Part shown: positions 1 to 12,411 of the stretch, piece after piece
Layout of the letters: each line of letters begins with the position of its first letter
Numbering within the stretch: the first letter of the stretch is position 1
Assembly: GCA_965178125.1 (NCBI GenBank)
Contig: OZ237772.1
Coordinates: 186,001 to 250,000, forward strand
Direction: 5' to 3'
From: Bilabrum cf. latius
Lineage: Eukaryota
Length of the DNA: 64,000 nucleotides
Position numbers and translations under genes: made by a program
Notes under the pieces: model-generated
Told to the model about the DNA's origin: nothing
The model's database searches: none
Seen by the model: only the letters and a program-made list of their open reading frames with translations

Positions 1-1223
1 CGCACAGAAATATCACCCATGCGGACCGCTGCAAGTCACCAAAGTACCGAGACCACGTGGACTTTGCGCTCTGGAGCTGGTCCAGAACCAGCGAGGGCTG
101 CGGCGGCTTGAACACGTCGGCGGCAATCACGTCTTGCATGAGCACGCACCTCGGGTCCTTGTGGTCGGTGATGCCGGGCGGAAGGACGCAGGCCTGCCTC
201 CCGTTGTCTGTGACGTTGAAATCGGGGACGCACCGGTTCAGCACCGGCACGGAGTTGGTCGGTTGCAACCAGCAGTTCCTGCTCGCCCGCTGGCAGATGC
301 TCTCCTGCTCGGCTTGCAGGCCGCGGGCCTCCAAGTCCGACCGGTGCTCGCGCTCAACCAGCATCCGAGCGTGTGACGAGTGTTCCATGCTGTGCTCTCC
401 GAAGGGCAGGTCGAATTCATCGAAGATTTCCTCCTCGAACGCCTCCACTTGGTCCTCTCCGGCGCCCAGGGCAATCAGCCTCCTGGCCTGCTCGCTTGAC
501 GACACGATCGCGCTTCGAACGCAGGCGTCTGCGAACGGCTTCTCCTCGGCTGAAATTTCATAGTTGCATATGACATCCAGAGCGCTGGGGCACTTTGCCT
601 GACACACGCCGTAGAACCTCATCTGGTCGAAATCGCCCTGCAGCGCCAGCCTCACGTTGTAGACGTAGTCCTCGTTCATGCGCGGGTACGTGATCACTTG
701 CTCGTCTTTGAAACCGTCCGTAACGCCGCACGTGTTGCCTTCATAGTCGGTGCCGTAAAACAGCCTCCTTGGGTTGCCAAGGGCAAACCCAGTGGACGCC
801 ACGCCCACCATTCCGACCCAGAAGATTATGAACGCAATGCAGCAGCACATGTCTGTCATCTTTCGCTTTTCGGAAGGGATAAATCCAAGGGGCTGCGATA
901 TCCGTGGGGGCAATGCCAGAGGCGTATGAGTCGGTCTCGTTTGCGGGGTGCGCGGGGTAGACGGGCCCATACATGCTGTGGCTGTATGCTAAATGCAGCA
1001 GATTGAACGCATGAGAAAGCTACCAATAGAAACAATGTGTACATCTTACCTCGTCGCCTTCATCACTACAAGTGCTGCATAGCTTTGCACAGCAACCGCA
1101 CTGCGCTGGCACGTCACGATCAACGTACTGTGGTCTCCCATCGGAAGCTCCTTTCTGCTTCGAAAGCTCGCTCTTTGGAGCTTCGGAAGGATTGGGTGCG
1201 TTTGTTGCGTCTTTGTCTGCCAT
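1..1223 (-). CDS. Choline transporter-like (CTL/SLC44 family) protein, 5' part; runs off the window start
   Basis: Exon 1 is 1223-1050 (MADKDATN...EGDE|GTAAG), then a phase-0 intron to CGCAG|892. Exon 2 reads PLGFIPSEKRKMTDMCCCIAFIIFWVGMVGVASTGFALGNPRRLFYGTDYEGNTCG, the characteristic CTL N-terminal TD..C / G.P.RL.YG.D..GN.CG pattern. Confidence 0.85.
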
Positions 1224-4200
1224 GCTGTCGGATGATCGACCGGGCAGGAAATAAAGCACACAACTCTGCTCTCGTGCTCCGGTCTAGCTGCCTCTGGTTT
1301 TCGTGGCTCCGGTTGTATACAAACATCTCGTTACAAAGTCACAATACAGACAGACTTGTGAGCCCTACCGTTCCGTCAGGGGGCTCATTACCGGAATAAA
1401 AATCGCCGATTGGGCCTATTTTCAGGGGCCGTGTTCCAACCATTGAAAATCATTAAAGAGAATAATAACTCATTTAATATAATATTTACTTCATTAATAG
1501 TATTGTGTGCAAATTTCAAGTCTGAAACGTACTTATTGACGAAGATACAGCGGGTGCAGTTCAAGCTGTCGGCCACCGAGCACGGGATTCACGAAATTCG
1601 CCCCGGCAGGTCGCATAGGAGGATATATTTCAGGTAGCGTTTATGCTTTCATTCCTCGATGAATCGGCATGATCTTCTCTCTCACACTAAATGTATTTAT
1701 AATTATACTAATGGCGGTCTGAAATTGCACGAATTGCAGTTATTGATGCCTGGGTTTGGTGAAGAGCGTGGGCGGGCCGCTGTGAGCAATTTTCGAGGCA
1801 CCTGCATCCTATTTCCTGTGCACCCATTGGCCTCATCAGGCGGCTACAGTATGTTATCCGTACAAAAGAGCATTGTAGGTCCACACGTGCTTGCTGCTCG
1901 CAACGACGAGCCTGGTGCCTCCCGGTTTCTGCCAGAGGGCTGCATGGGCTGGTTGTAGTTTTTTCTGCCTGCAATGCGTGTTCGGCATACCTGCTGGTTA
2001 ATACTCTCAATTTTGTGATAATTATATATGAAGTGTTAACGATGAGCTTTATGGGCATGTGGATCCAGTTATTCGTCTGATGCAGCGTGACTGGCAAGCA
2101 ACTTGCACTGTCCAAAGATAGTGTGCATACATCCTTTACATGAGACCTAAGATGAATTTCCGTAGCATTGATCTAATACAAAGGACCTTGTTGAACTGCT
2201 GCGGTTGCACAGTGCATGTTCTAGTTGCCTCCGACTCTACATGAGGGCCCTAGTTTGCTGCAACCCCAGGCTGCATACATCTGCGTCCCAGCTGCCACCA
2301 CGGCCCATATTAACTTACAACACCTAGCAGGCCCCACAGACATCCTCTGCTACTATTCAACACTGCAAGTAGCTCCTTTAGCCCGTTTATTGCTAATTGA
2401 GAGCTTGCAGCCCCCCGCGCAGTTGCTAGCAGGCTTGGCACGTCCGCCTCCTTCTCAGGGTTGCACGACCATTTCATGGGACGATTAACAGATGACAACC
2501 CCTCTAATTCAGCAATACTATGGCTTCAACCATCTGGTAAGGCGGGAGTATCAGAACCGTACTATATCTGCTGCATAGACCTGACCCCCAAGGTGCCCCC
2601 CGCGACGTGTCACAGCTCTTCCGTGTGGTTGGGCCTACTATGCTATACTGAGATTTGGACCGGTGCTCTCAACACTGAACACCATTAAATGTCATCAGCG
2701 CTCCTCTGCTAGCCACGCGATCCACAGCCTTGCCTTTTGGTCTGAACAGTGGTGGTGTCATGAGCAGTAGCTGTCTGAGCCCGCAGTTGCCGAGCCCCTG
2801 CCGTGCAGCCTCATACACCAAAGCCGCAAAGACAGTCATGCTCAAATGACAGTAAATATGTCAAAGAGATTGTGGTTACGCTACCGGGGCATACACAGGG
2901 CTGTGGGTCGTGGGGCTTGCCATGCTCCAATTACCTTCCACAACTGCTCAACCCTCCGCCAAGTCCGTGGCAACCTTGCTTGACATCTCCTGACCGCACC
3001 CACTGCATGCTTACACCAATATGCGTATTATATGTGTTGCAGGCTTTGATTCAGCCGTTATGCTTCAAATAAGCCCGGAGGCTGACGCAACAAGCGAACC
3101 ACTGGTCGATAGCTTACCAGGGTGCCACTGCCAGAAAAATTATGCTGCATATGCTCATACCCCGCAAGACTAATAAGCACTTAATGAAAATTGATTCCAT
3201 AAGGTTCAATTCGCCCAGGACATGTGGCCTTGCTATAGCGAGGTTTTGCAACTCTTGTCCAGCCTTGCCTGCTCAGGAAATACGGTACTTATGGAATATC
3301 AATGGGTTGACGGATACCACGACAAGCCAGAATCTATGAATATTAACCCATAAAGCTGCTTGAATTATCGAAATGAGCTCAATTGAGACGTTGAAGGTGA
3401 CCAAGGCTTGGCTACGAAGCAGCACCAAAAGTTAGCCTCGCCTTACCGTAAATTTACAAAGTCAAACGAGATATTAACACCCATAAAATGAGATCAAGCT
3501 CATTAATATTCAGCTACGATTAATTATAGCATGTTTTAATGATGCCAGGAGTAATGAAGAGCCGGTAAAGGGCAGTCTGTTTATGCTGCCTGCTCGCCCG
3601 AGATTCCGGTAATGAGCCCCCTGACGGTTCTTGAACTCGGGAGATCGACAAGGACCTTTTTTATTTTTTACTTCTTGCCGACCACGACGGGGTGGCATAA
3701 TTTTTCGCGTATCAGTGTGTACCATTCGCGTATCACATATTAACATGATGTATCATAACGTATTGCGGGGTTTGTTTTTCCATATCCAAAAGGGATACCT
3801 CTTGCGAAGAGGGTGACTTCGAGAGAGCTCTACAGGTTCGCGTATCACTCCTATCCTATGGATATCCAGCTGTTACAGTCCTATGAATGCATTTTTTGAC
3901 TCGCATAGAAGTTATGAGTTGGGTTGGTCTTTGGAAAGCGAAAATAGATAGGATGGTAGGCTGGAATTACGCTCAAATCTCGCACTACTGACACTTCAAG
4001 AGTGTATCACTGTGTATCAGTCATGTATCAAGCGTGTATCAGGCACCCCAGTACAGGTTCTTATGGTTAACAATATCTTGAGCAAGACAATACGTGCAGT
4101 TCAAGAGAATAATGGCTTTGTATCGCCCGGTGAAGTTCCAGTTGGACAGACATCACCATAAGGAACGTTCATTCAAGCCAGGTTATGCACAGGCTGCACA

Positions 4201-4325
4201 GCCCAGTCTTGCCGGCCGCTTGGAGCATCAATGAACCATGAACAAGTCCCAGAACGATTCAATCGCCAATTTATGGTGCATTGTTAGAACGAGCAGTACA
4301 TATGGCCATTGAGGTGGGCTACAAG

Positions 4326-5933
4326 GGCCGGCAGGACAGGGTGAGGGGGGCGTGGTGGATGGACTGGATGGGGCCAGTGAGGCCGGCAGGACAGGATGGG
4401 GGGGGCGTGGTGGATGGACTGGATGGGGCCAGTGAGGCCGGCAGGGCAGGGTGAGGGGGGCGTGGTGGATGGACTGGATGGGGCCAGTGAGGCCGGCAGG
4501 GCAGGGTGAGGGGGGCGTGGTGGATGGACTGGATGGGGCCAGAGAGGCCGGCAGGGCAGGGTGAGGGGGGCGTGGCGGATGGACTGGATGGGGCCAGTGA
4601 GGCCGGCAGGGCAGGGTGAGGGGGGCGTGGTGGATGGACTGGATGGGGCCAGTGAGAGGCCGGCAGGGCAGGGTGAGGGGGGCGTGGTGGATGGACTGGA
4701 TGGGACCAGTGAGGCCGGCAGGGCAGGATGGGGGGGGCGTGGTGGATGGACTGGATGGGGCCAGTGAGAGGCCGGCAGGGCAGGGTGAGGGGGGCGTGGT
4801 GGATGGACTGGATGGGGCCAGTGAGAGGCCGGCAGGGCAGGGTGAGGGGGGCGTGGCGGATGGACTGGATGGGGCCAGTGAGGCCGGCAGGGCAGGGTGG
4901 GGGGGGCGTGGCGGATGGACTGGATGGGGCCAGTGAGGCCGGCAGGGCAGGGTGAGGGGGGCGTGGTGGATGGACTGGATGGGGCCAGTGAGAGGCCGGC
5001 AGGGCAGGGTGAGGGGGGCGTGGTGGATGGACTGGATGGGACCAGTGAGGCCGGCAGGGCAGGGTGAGGGGGGCGTGGTGGATGGACTGGATGGGGCCAG
5101 TGAGAGGCCGGCAGGGCAGGGTGAGGGGGGCGTGGCGGATGGACTGGATGGGGCCAGTGAGGCCGGCAGGGCAGGGTGAGGGGGGCGTGGTGGATGGACT
5201 GGATGGGGCCAGTGAGGCCGGCAGGGCAGGGTGAGGGGGGCGTGGTGGATGGACTGGATGGGGCCAGTGAGGCCGGCAGGGCAGGGTGAGGGGGGCGTGG
5301 CGGATGGACTGGATGGGGCCAGTGAGGCCGGCAGGGCAGGGTGAGGGGGGCGTGGTGGATGGACTGGATGGGGCCAGTGAGAGGCCGGCAGGGCAGGGTG
5401 AGGGGGGCGTGGCGGATGGACTGGATGGGACCAGTGAGGCCGGCAGGGCAGGGTGAGGGGGGCGTGGTGGATGGACTGGATGGGGCCAGTGAGGCCGGCA
5501 GGGCAGGGTGAGGGGGGCGTGGTGGATGGACTGGATGGGGCCAGTGAGAGGCCGGCAGGGCAGGGTGAGGGGGGCGTGGTGGATGGACTGGATGGGGCCA
5601 GTGAGAGGCCGGCAGGGCAGGGTGGGGGGGGCGTGGTGGATGGACTGGATGGGGCCAGTGAGAGGCCGGCAGGGCAGGGTGAGGGGGGCGTGGCGGATGT
5701 ACTGGATGGGACCAGTGAGGCCGGCAGGGCAGGGTGAGGGGGGCGTGGTGGATGGACTGGATGGGGCCAGTGAGGCCGGCAGGGCAGGGTGAGGGGGGCG
5801 TGGTGGATGGACTGGATGGGGCCAGTGAGGCCGGCAGGGCAGGGTGAGGGGGGCGTGGTGGATGGACTGGATGGGGCCAGTGAGGCCGGCAGGGCAGGGT
5901 GAGGGGGGCGTGGTGGATGGACTGGATGGGGCA
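4326..5933. repeat. G-rich 55/57-bp tandem satellite, about 29 units
   Basis: Unit GGCCGGCAGGGCAGGGTGAGGGGGGCGTGGTGGATGGACTGGATGGGGCCAGTGA, with or without an extra GA, repeated head to tail with few substitutions. Confidence 0.97.
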
Positions 5934-6276
5934 AGTAGGGTCCTGAGTTGGACTTATGCCTTGAGGTCTAGAGATTTAACCTTTCAAAGGCAACTGTCCG
6001 TGATACCATGCTTGAATACTGAATAAGATCCGGGATGTTTTGAAGCTAATCGGATAAGGTTATAAGAAAGGTGGCATTCTAGTAGGCTAAGTATAGAGCG
6101 ACACAATAAATCAGTTGGTCAAACAAACATGATCCCCAACTGAGTATCAGCATTAGCTTCCCGGTAGTGTCGAAGTCGATGAAGTCGAACCAACTATCGT
6201 CGAGATTATGAACACTTACAAACGCCAAAACAACCAAAATACGAAAAATACTAACCCATCACCCACAAGCCTAGCG

Positions 6277-9200
6277 CAGCCACACCTGCACCCCAACGCG
6301 CCCCTCACCAACAACGGCACAGTCACCGGCCTAGCCAAGGCCCCCTGCAGCCACACGACCAGCACAGCCACACCTGCACCCCAACGCGCCCCTCACCAAC
6401 AACGGCACAGTCACCGGCCTAGCCAAGGCCCCCTGCAGACACACGACCAGCACAGCCACACCTGCACCCCAACGCGCCCCTCACCAACAACGGCACAGTC
6501 ACCGGCCTAGCCAAGGCCCCCTGCAGACACACGACCAGCACAGCCACACCTGCACCCCAACGCGCCCCTCACCAACAACGGCACAGTCACCGGCCTAGCC
6601 AAGGCCCCCTGCAGACACACGACCAGCACAGCCACACCTGCACCCCAACGCGCCCCTCACCAACAACGGCACAGTCACCGGCCTAGCCAAGGCCCCCTGC
6701 AGCCGCACGACCAGCACAGCCACACCTGCACCCCAACGCGCCCCTCACCAACAATGGCACAGTCACCGGCCTAGCCAAGGCCCCCTGCAGCCGCACGACC
6801 AGCACAGCCACACCTGCACCCCAACGCGCCCCTCACCAACAACGGCACAGTCACCGGCCTAGCCAAGGCCCCCTGCAGCCGCACGACCAGCAACTACCAG
6901 CACAGCCACACCTGCACCCCAACGCGCCCCTCACCAACAACGGCACAGTCACCGGCCTAGCCAAGGCCCCCTGCAGACACACGACCAGCACAGCCACACC
7001 TGCACCCCAACGCGCCCCTCACCGACAACGGCACAGTCACCGGCGTAGCCAAGGCCCCCTGCAGCCGCACGACCAGCACAGCCACACCTGCACCCCAACG
7101 CGCCCCTCACCAACAATGGCACAGTCACCGGCCTAGCCAAGGCCCCCTGCAGCCGCACGACCAGCACAGCCACACCTGCACCCCAACGCGCCCCTCACCA
7201 ACAACGGCACAGTCACCGGCCTAGCCAAGGCCCCCTGCAGCCGCACGACCAGCACAGCCACACCTGCACCCCAACGCGCCCCTCACCAACAACGGCACAG
7301 TCACCGGCCTAGCCAAGGCCCCCTGCAGACACACGACCAGCACAGCCACACCTGCACCCCAACGCGCCCCTCACCGACAACGGCACAGTCACCGGCGTAG
7401 CCAAGGCCCCCTGCAGCCGCACGACCAGCACAGCCACACCTGCACCCCAACGCGCCCCTCACCAACAATGGCACAGTCACCGGCCTAGCCAAGGCCCCCT
7501 GCAGCCGCACGACCAGCACAGCCACACCTGCACCCCAACGCGCCCCTCACCAACAACGGCACAGTCACCGGCCTAGCCAAGGCCCCCTGCAGCCGCACGA
7601 CCAGCACAGCCACACCTGCACCCCAACGCGCCCCTCACCAACAATGGCACAGTCACCGGCCTAGCCAAGGCCCCCTGCAGCCGCACGACCAGCACAGCCA
7701 CACCTGCACCCCAACGCGCCCCTCACCAACAACGGCACAGTCACCGGCCTAGCCAAGGCCCCCTGCAGCCGCACGACCAGCAACTACCAGCACAGCCACA
7801 CCTGCACCCCAACGCGCCCCTCACCAACAACGGCACAGTCACCGGCCTAGCCAAGGCCCCCTGCAGACACACGACCAGCACAGCCACACCTGCACCCCAA
7901 CGCGCCCCTCACCGACAACGGCACAGTCACCGGCGTAGCCAAGGCCCCCTGCAGCCGCACGACCAGCACAGCCACACCTGCACCCCAACGCGCCCCTCAC
8001 CAACAATGGCACAGTCACCGGCCTAGCCAAGGCCCCCTGCAGCCGCACGACCAGCACAGCCACACCTGCACCCCAACGCGCCCCTCACCAACAACGGCAC
8101 AGTCACCGGCCTAGCCAAGGCCCCCTGCAGCCGCACGACCAGCACAGCCACACCTGCACCCCAACGCGCCCCTCACCAACAATGGCACAGTCACCGGCCT
8201 AGCCAAGGCCCCCTGCAGCCGCACGACCAGCACAGCCACACCTGCACCCAAACGCGCCCCTCACCGACAACGGCACAGTCACCGGCCTAGCCAAGGCCCC
8301 CTGCAGACACACGACCAGCACAGCCACACCTGCACCCCAACGCGCCCCTCACCAACAATGGCACAGTCACCGGCCTAGCCAAGGCCCCCTGCAGACACAC
8401 GACCAGCACAGCCACACCTGCACCCCAACGCGCCCCTCAACAACAACGGCACAGTCACCGGCCTAGCCAAGGCCCCCTGCAGACACACGACCAGCACAGC
8501 CACACCTGCACCCCAACGCGCCCCTCACCAACAACGGCACAGTCACCGGCCTAGCCAAGGCCCCCTGCAGACACACGACCAGCACAGCCACACCTGCACC
8601 CCAACGCGCCCCTCACCAACAACGGCACAGTCACCGGCCTAGCCAAGGCCCCCTGCAGCCGCACGACCAGCACAGCCACACCTGCACCCCAACGCGCCCC
8701 TCACCAACAACGGCACAGTCACCGGCCTAGCCAAGGCCCCCTGCAGACACACGACCAGCACAGCCACACCTGCACCCCAACGCGCCCCTCACCGACAACG
8801 GCACAGTCACCGGCCTAGCCAAGGCCCCCTGCAGCCGCACGACCAGCACAGCCACACCTGCACCCCAACGCGCCCCTCACCAACAACGGCACAGTCACCG
8901 GCCTAGCCAAGGCCCCCTGCAGACACACGACCAGCACAGCCACACCTGCACCCCAACGCGCCCCTCACCAACAACGGCACAGTCACCGGCCTAGCCAAGG
9001 CCCCCTGCAGCCGCACGCCCAGCACAGCCACACCTGCACCCCAACGCGCCCCTCACCAACAACGGCACAGTCACCGGCCTAGCCAAGGCCCCCTGCAGAC
9101 ACACGACCAGCACAGCCACACCTGCACCCCAACGCGCCCCTCACCAACAACGGCACAGTCACCGGCCTAGCCAAGGCCCCCTGCAGACGCACGACCAGCA

Positions 9201-9636
9201 CAGCCACACCTGCACCCCAACGCGCCCCTCAACAACAACGGCACAGTCACCGGCCTAGCCAAGGCCCCCTGCAGACACACGACCAGCACAGCCACACCTG
9301 CACCCCAACGCGCCCCTCACCGACAACGGCACAGTCACCGGCCTAGCCAAGGCCCCCTGCAGACACACGACCAGCACAGCCACACCTGCACCCCAACGCG
9401 CCCCTCACCAACAACGGCACAGTCACCGGCCTAGCCAAGGCCCCCTGCAGACACACGACCAGCACAGCCACACCTGCACCCCAACGCGCCCCTCACCAAC
9501 AATGGCACAGTCACCGGCCTAGCCAAGGCCCCCTGCAGCCGCACGACCAGCACAGCCACACCTGCACCCCAACGCGCCCCTCACCAACAACGGCACAGTC
9601 ACCGGCCTAGCCAAGGCCCCCTGCAGACACACGACC
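6277..9636. repeat. 88-bp C/A-rich tandem satellite, left arm (about 38 units)
   Basis: Unit TCACCAACAACGGCACAGTCACCGGCCTAGCCAAGGCCCCCTGCAGACACACGACCAGCACAGCCACACCTGCACCCCAACGCGCCCC; it stops abruptly at ...ACGACC|TTAGCAGG. Confidence 0.97.
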
Positions 9637-9810
9637 TTAGCAGGTCTGGGGTTACAACCAGTAAGACCGGAACTGTAGAAACTGGGATTGATTTGCGTGA
9701 AGCTCGACTCATCTTCCCGAGGGTACGCCGAGTACAGTGGTCTCGGCCGAGCTCAATAAGACACGTTCTACAGGATATTGTAGTTCTGAGTCGGCTTGCA
9801 AAAAGTTTTC
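9637..9810 (+). repeat. Split direct repeat A1
   Basis: TTAGCAGGTCTGGGG...GCAAAAAGTTTTC recurs at 16375-16548. Confidence 0.95.
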
Positions 9811-9840
9811 GGAAAAGTGCGCGTGACTTCACTGTGAAAT

Positions 9841-11030
9841 ATGGCCCAGGTGGAGCAGGGCACACAGGCTGCAGCGGCTCTATCGCATCTTCAAGGTTCC
9901 TAGCCGCACAAGGCATTGATTGCTATCGCAAAGCAAGAATCCGCAAATATTCTGGATAATTGCGTTGGTGAATCCTGGGAAGCATGGATGGAAACAGCAA
10001 TGGGCGCCGGAGGTCATGCTGGGTTCATCGAGGCTATCAGCAACCAAGCAGCGGGCGACAAACCAATGGACACGGCAACAGCAAACGGTCTGGGTAATGA
10101 CTTTAAGACCTTACTGTCGGTGGGAATGGACGACAACCAGAAGAAACGGGCAGTCCTGATGACGGCCACGGCATGGGTGATTTCACTGTACGTGAAATTA
10201 CCTCATCGTCCTACCAAGGAGGAGCTGAAACGAGTTTTGCACGACTGCAAGCGTAACTTCCCTGCTTAGGAAGGAGCGCAGCTGTCAACAGGTGCAGCTG
10301 GATGGTTTGCGGTCCTCACAACGTCTGCGGGCGGTGGGCTCCTACATCAACTACTACGAGCTGCAGCAGTGTTGCAGTCCGCGTATGGTCCGCTGCGAGC
10401 GGCCAAACGGACATCTCTGCTGTCAATGACACGTTTCGCCTCTAATTGGGGGTGGCGACTTACGACTGAGAAGTTGGAATAGCAGGACAGCTACCCGGAC
10501 CACGTGCTTGCGAAGGCGATCGCAGCCGTGGTAAACGAACAAAACGCGACACAGGCCCTGGGAGAAGAACAAGACGATGCAGATGGGGAAGCTCCTGGAG
10601 AGGACCCCGATGACGTCGATGCAGAGGCTGACGAGGTCGAGCAGGTCCAGAAGCTCCCGCCAACAGCTTGGCCCACGACCGACGACGCGGCGACCCAGTT
10701 CATCACGCAGGAGAAGGCGGCGTGGAGCGCAGCAGGTGATGTTCTACATCGTGCTAACGCCATTGTCGCATGGTGGGTTCCGCGGCTGGATGCCATGCGT
10801 GAGGAGTGCAAGACGGGGGACGGGCGCCAACGCACGGCTCGGATCTTAAAGACGCTCGCCGACGTTCTCCCGGACTAGAAGATAGGAATATTTCTAGCTG
10901 GTAAGGTGGATGACCTGTTCCAGTCGATTCTGCCAAAGGACGAGGAGCTCATGAAGGAAATCGGTAAAATGGCCGTGAGGGAACTCACGTCAACACTGAT
11001 GAACCCTGCGGGAGCATCGTCAGGGGCAGC

Positions 11031-11070
<40 letters not shown>

Positions 11071-12411
11071 TTCTGGGGCGGGGCTGCGGGGAGCGCAGCG
11101 AGCGCACCTGCAAAAGCTTAGAGATGGCCTACGTACCGCCTGCAGGCGGTCGTCGCTCACGCCCTTCGTACGACCCTTCACGACTTGGGCGACAAGCTGA
11201 AAACTGCCCGTATGGATTTCGGACATCGGGTGCTGGCAGGCACACAGTACCAGCCTAAGGCAAGTGATACCGCGGTACGCGCAGCTCACTCCAGTGTGAC
11301 TCTCTGGCTGCCCCAGGGAATGAGCTGGGTGTTGGAGTAGCTTGTCGGTCCTATCAATTACCTCCTGCCGCTGTATCTGGATGCGGACTCCCACACATAT
11401 GTCTGGTCGGGCAAGACCACGACGATAACCGCCTACATCCACCGGTTGAGCGAGCGTACTTCAGGTGCGCTGAGGGCAGCAGGACACGCTGGAGATTGGG
11501 ATCGGATCGTGAAGGCGGCCGATCGGTTGAACACTATCGTCACTCGTGCAGGAGTCCGGGGGCTGGACGATCTCCCACCGTGGGATCGGGCACTGTGGCA
11601 TGCGTACGCAGGACACCACGCAATGGTGCAGGAGGACGTCTCGGATTTGACATTGAGCAACCCGGAGTCCAAGGATATTACCGCCAGAGCCTTCATTCGA
11701 TCGGTGCAGGGCGCAGCGGCCGCAGTAAAGGAGCGGTTTGCTCGGAGCGTCAGCATGCAAGGTGGACATTGTGGCTTGGGCCGCATGGTAGTCGAACTGA
11801 TGCTCGCCACTAGGATCGGATTCTATCCAGATCTGTCTGCAGCCGATGCGGGGACGATGCAGCTGCTCTTGCGTAGCATCCCGTCAACTCTCCTCCCAGA
11901 GCCACCCAGGCGCGGCCAGGACACCATGGACCGGCAGAATCACCTGATGCCGCACTAGTTGGCAGTATGGCTGGCGCAATACTTCAACGTGAACACTGGG
12001 CCGCTCGGGAGCAGATACCCGGGCAGCGGAGTCCCGCCCACGTCATCGGCATCCAGCGCAACCAGCGGTTCGGGGACATCAACGTCCGCCTCGCCAATGG
12101 GATCGTCAGCTGCAGCGGGTGCAGCAATGGCCATGCAGATTCACAGCAGCCCCACGAAGATGCATCCGGAGTCGGCCTTCGCGGCAATGGCAATGCAAGC
12201 AGCCAAGCGCGCTCACCACCAGGGCCAGCAGCGCCTGGGGTAGAAGCGCGGGCGGGGCAAGCGCGGGTAGAAGAAAAACGGGCCGAAGCACAAGCACCAC
12301 CGGCACGGGAACACGGGACAAGACAATCGTGTCAAGGCAGGTCAAGGCGCGGCGTCTGGCGCAGGTGCGGACGACAGCGACGACGACGGCGATTCCCAGG
12401 CCAGCTCCTAA
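9841..12411 (+). CDS. Retrotransposon ORF1 (putative Gag-like), 856 aa with TAG=Gln
   Basis: One frame from ATG 9841 to TAA 12409-12411 with nine in-frame TAGs (9901, 10267, 10480, 10876, 11119, 11338, 11956, 12241, 12268) and no TAA/TGA. It joins five track ORFs and has a basic His/Lys/Arg-rich C-terminus. Gag identity is inferred from position only. Confidence 0.75.

Noticed and set aside
1400-3700. Short ORFs or a decayed element in the unique AT-richer DNA
   Set aside because: No recognisable motifs, and I did not find a convincing long frame.
4228-5934. 568-aa Pro-rich ORF on the minus strand
   Set aside because: By-product of the 55/57-bp satellite; the frame cycles with unit length.
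6208-9636. Giant repeat protein from ATG 6208 through the 88-bp satellite (open in all + frames once TAG=Gln)
   Set aside because: The unit is not a multiple of 3, 10-bp insertions occur, and the strand is T-poor, so lack of TAA/TGA is expected by composition.
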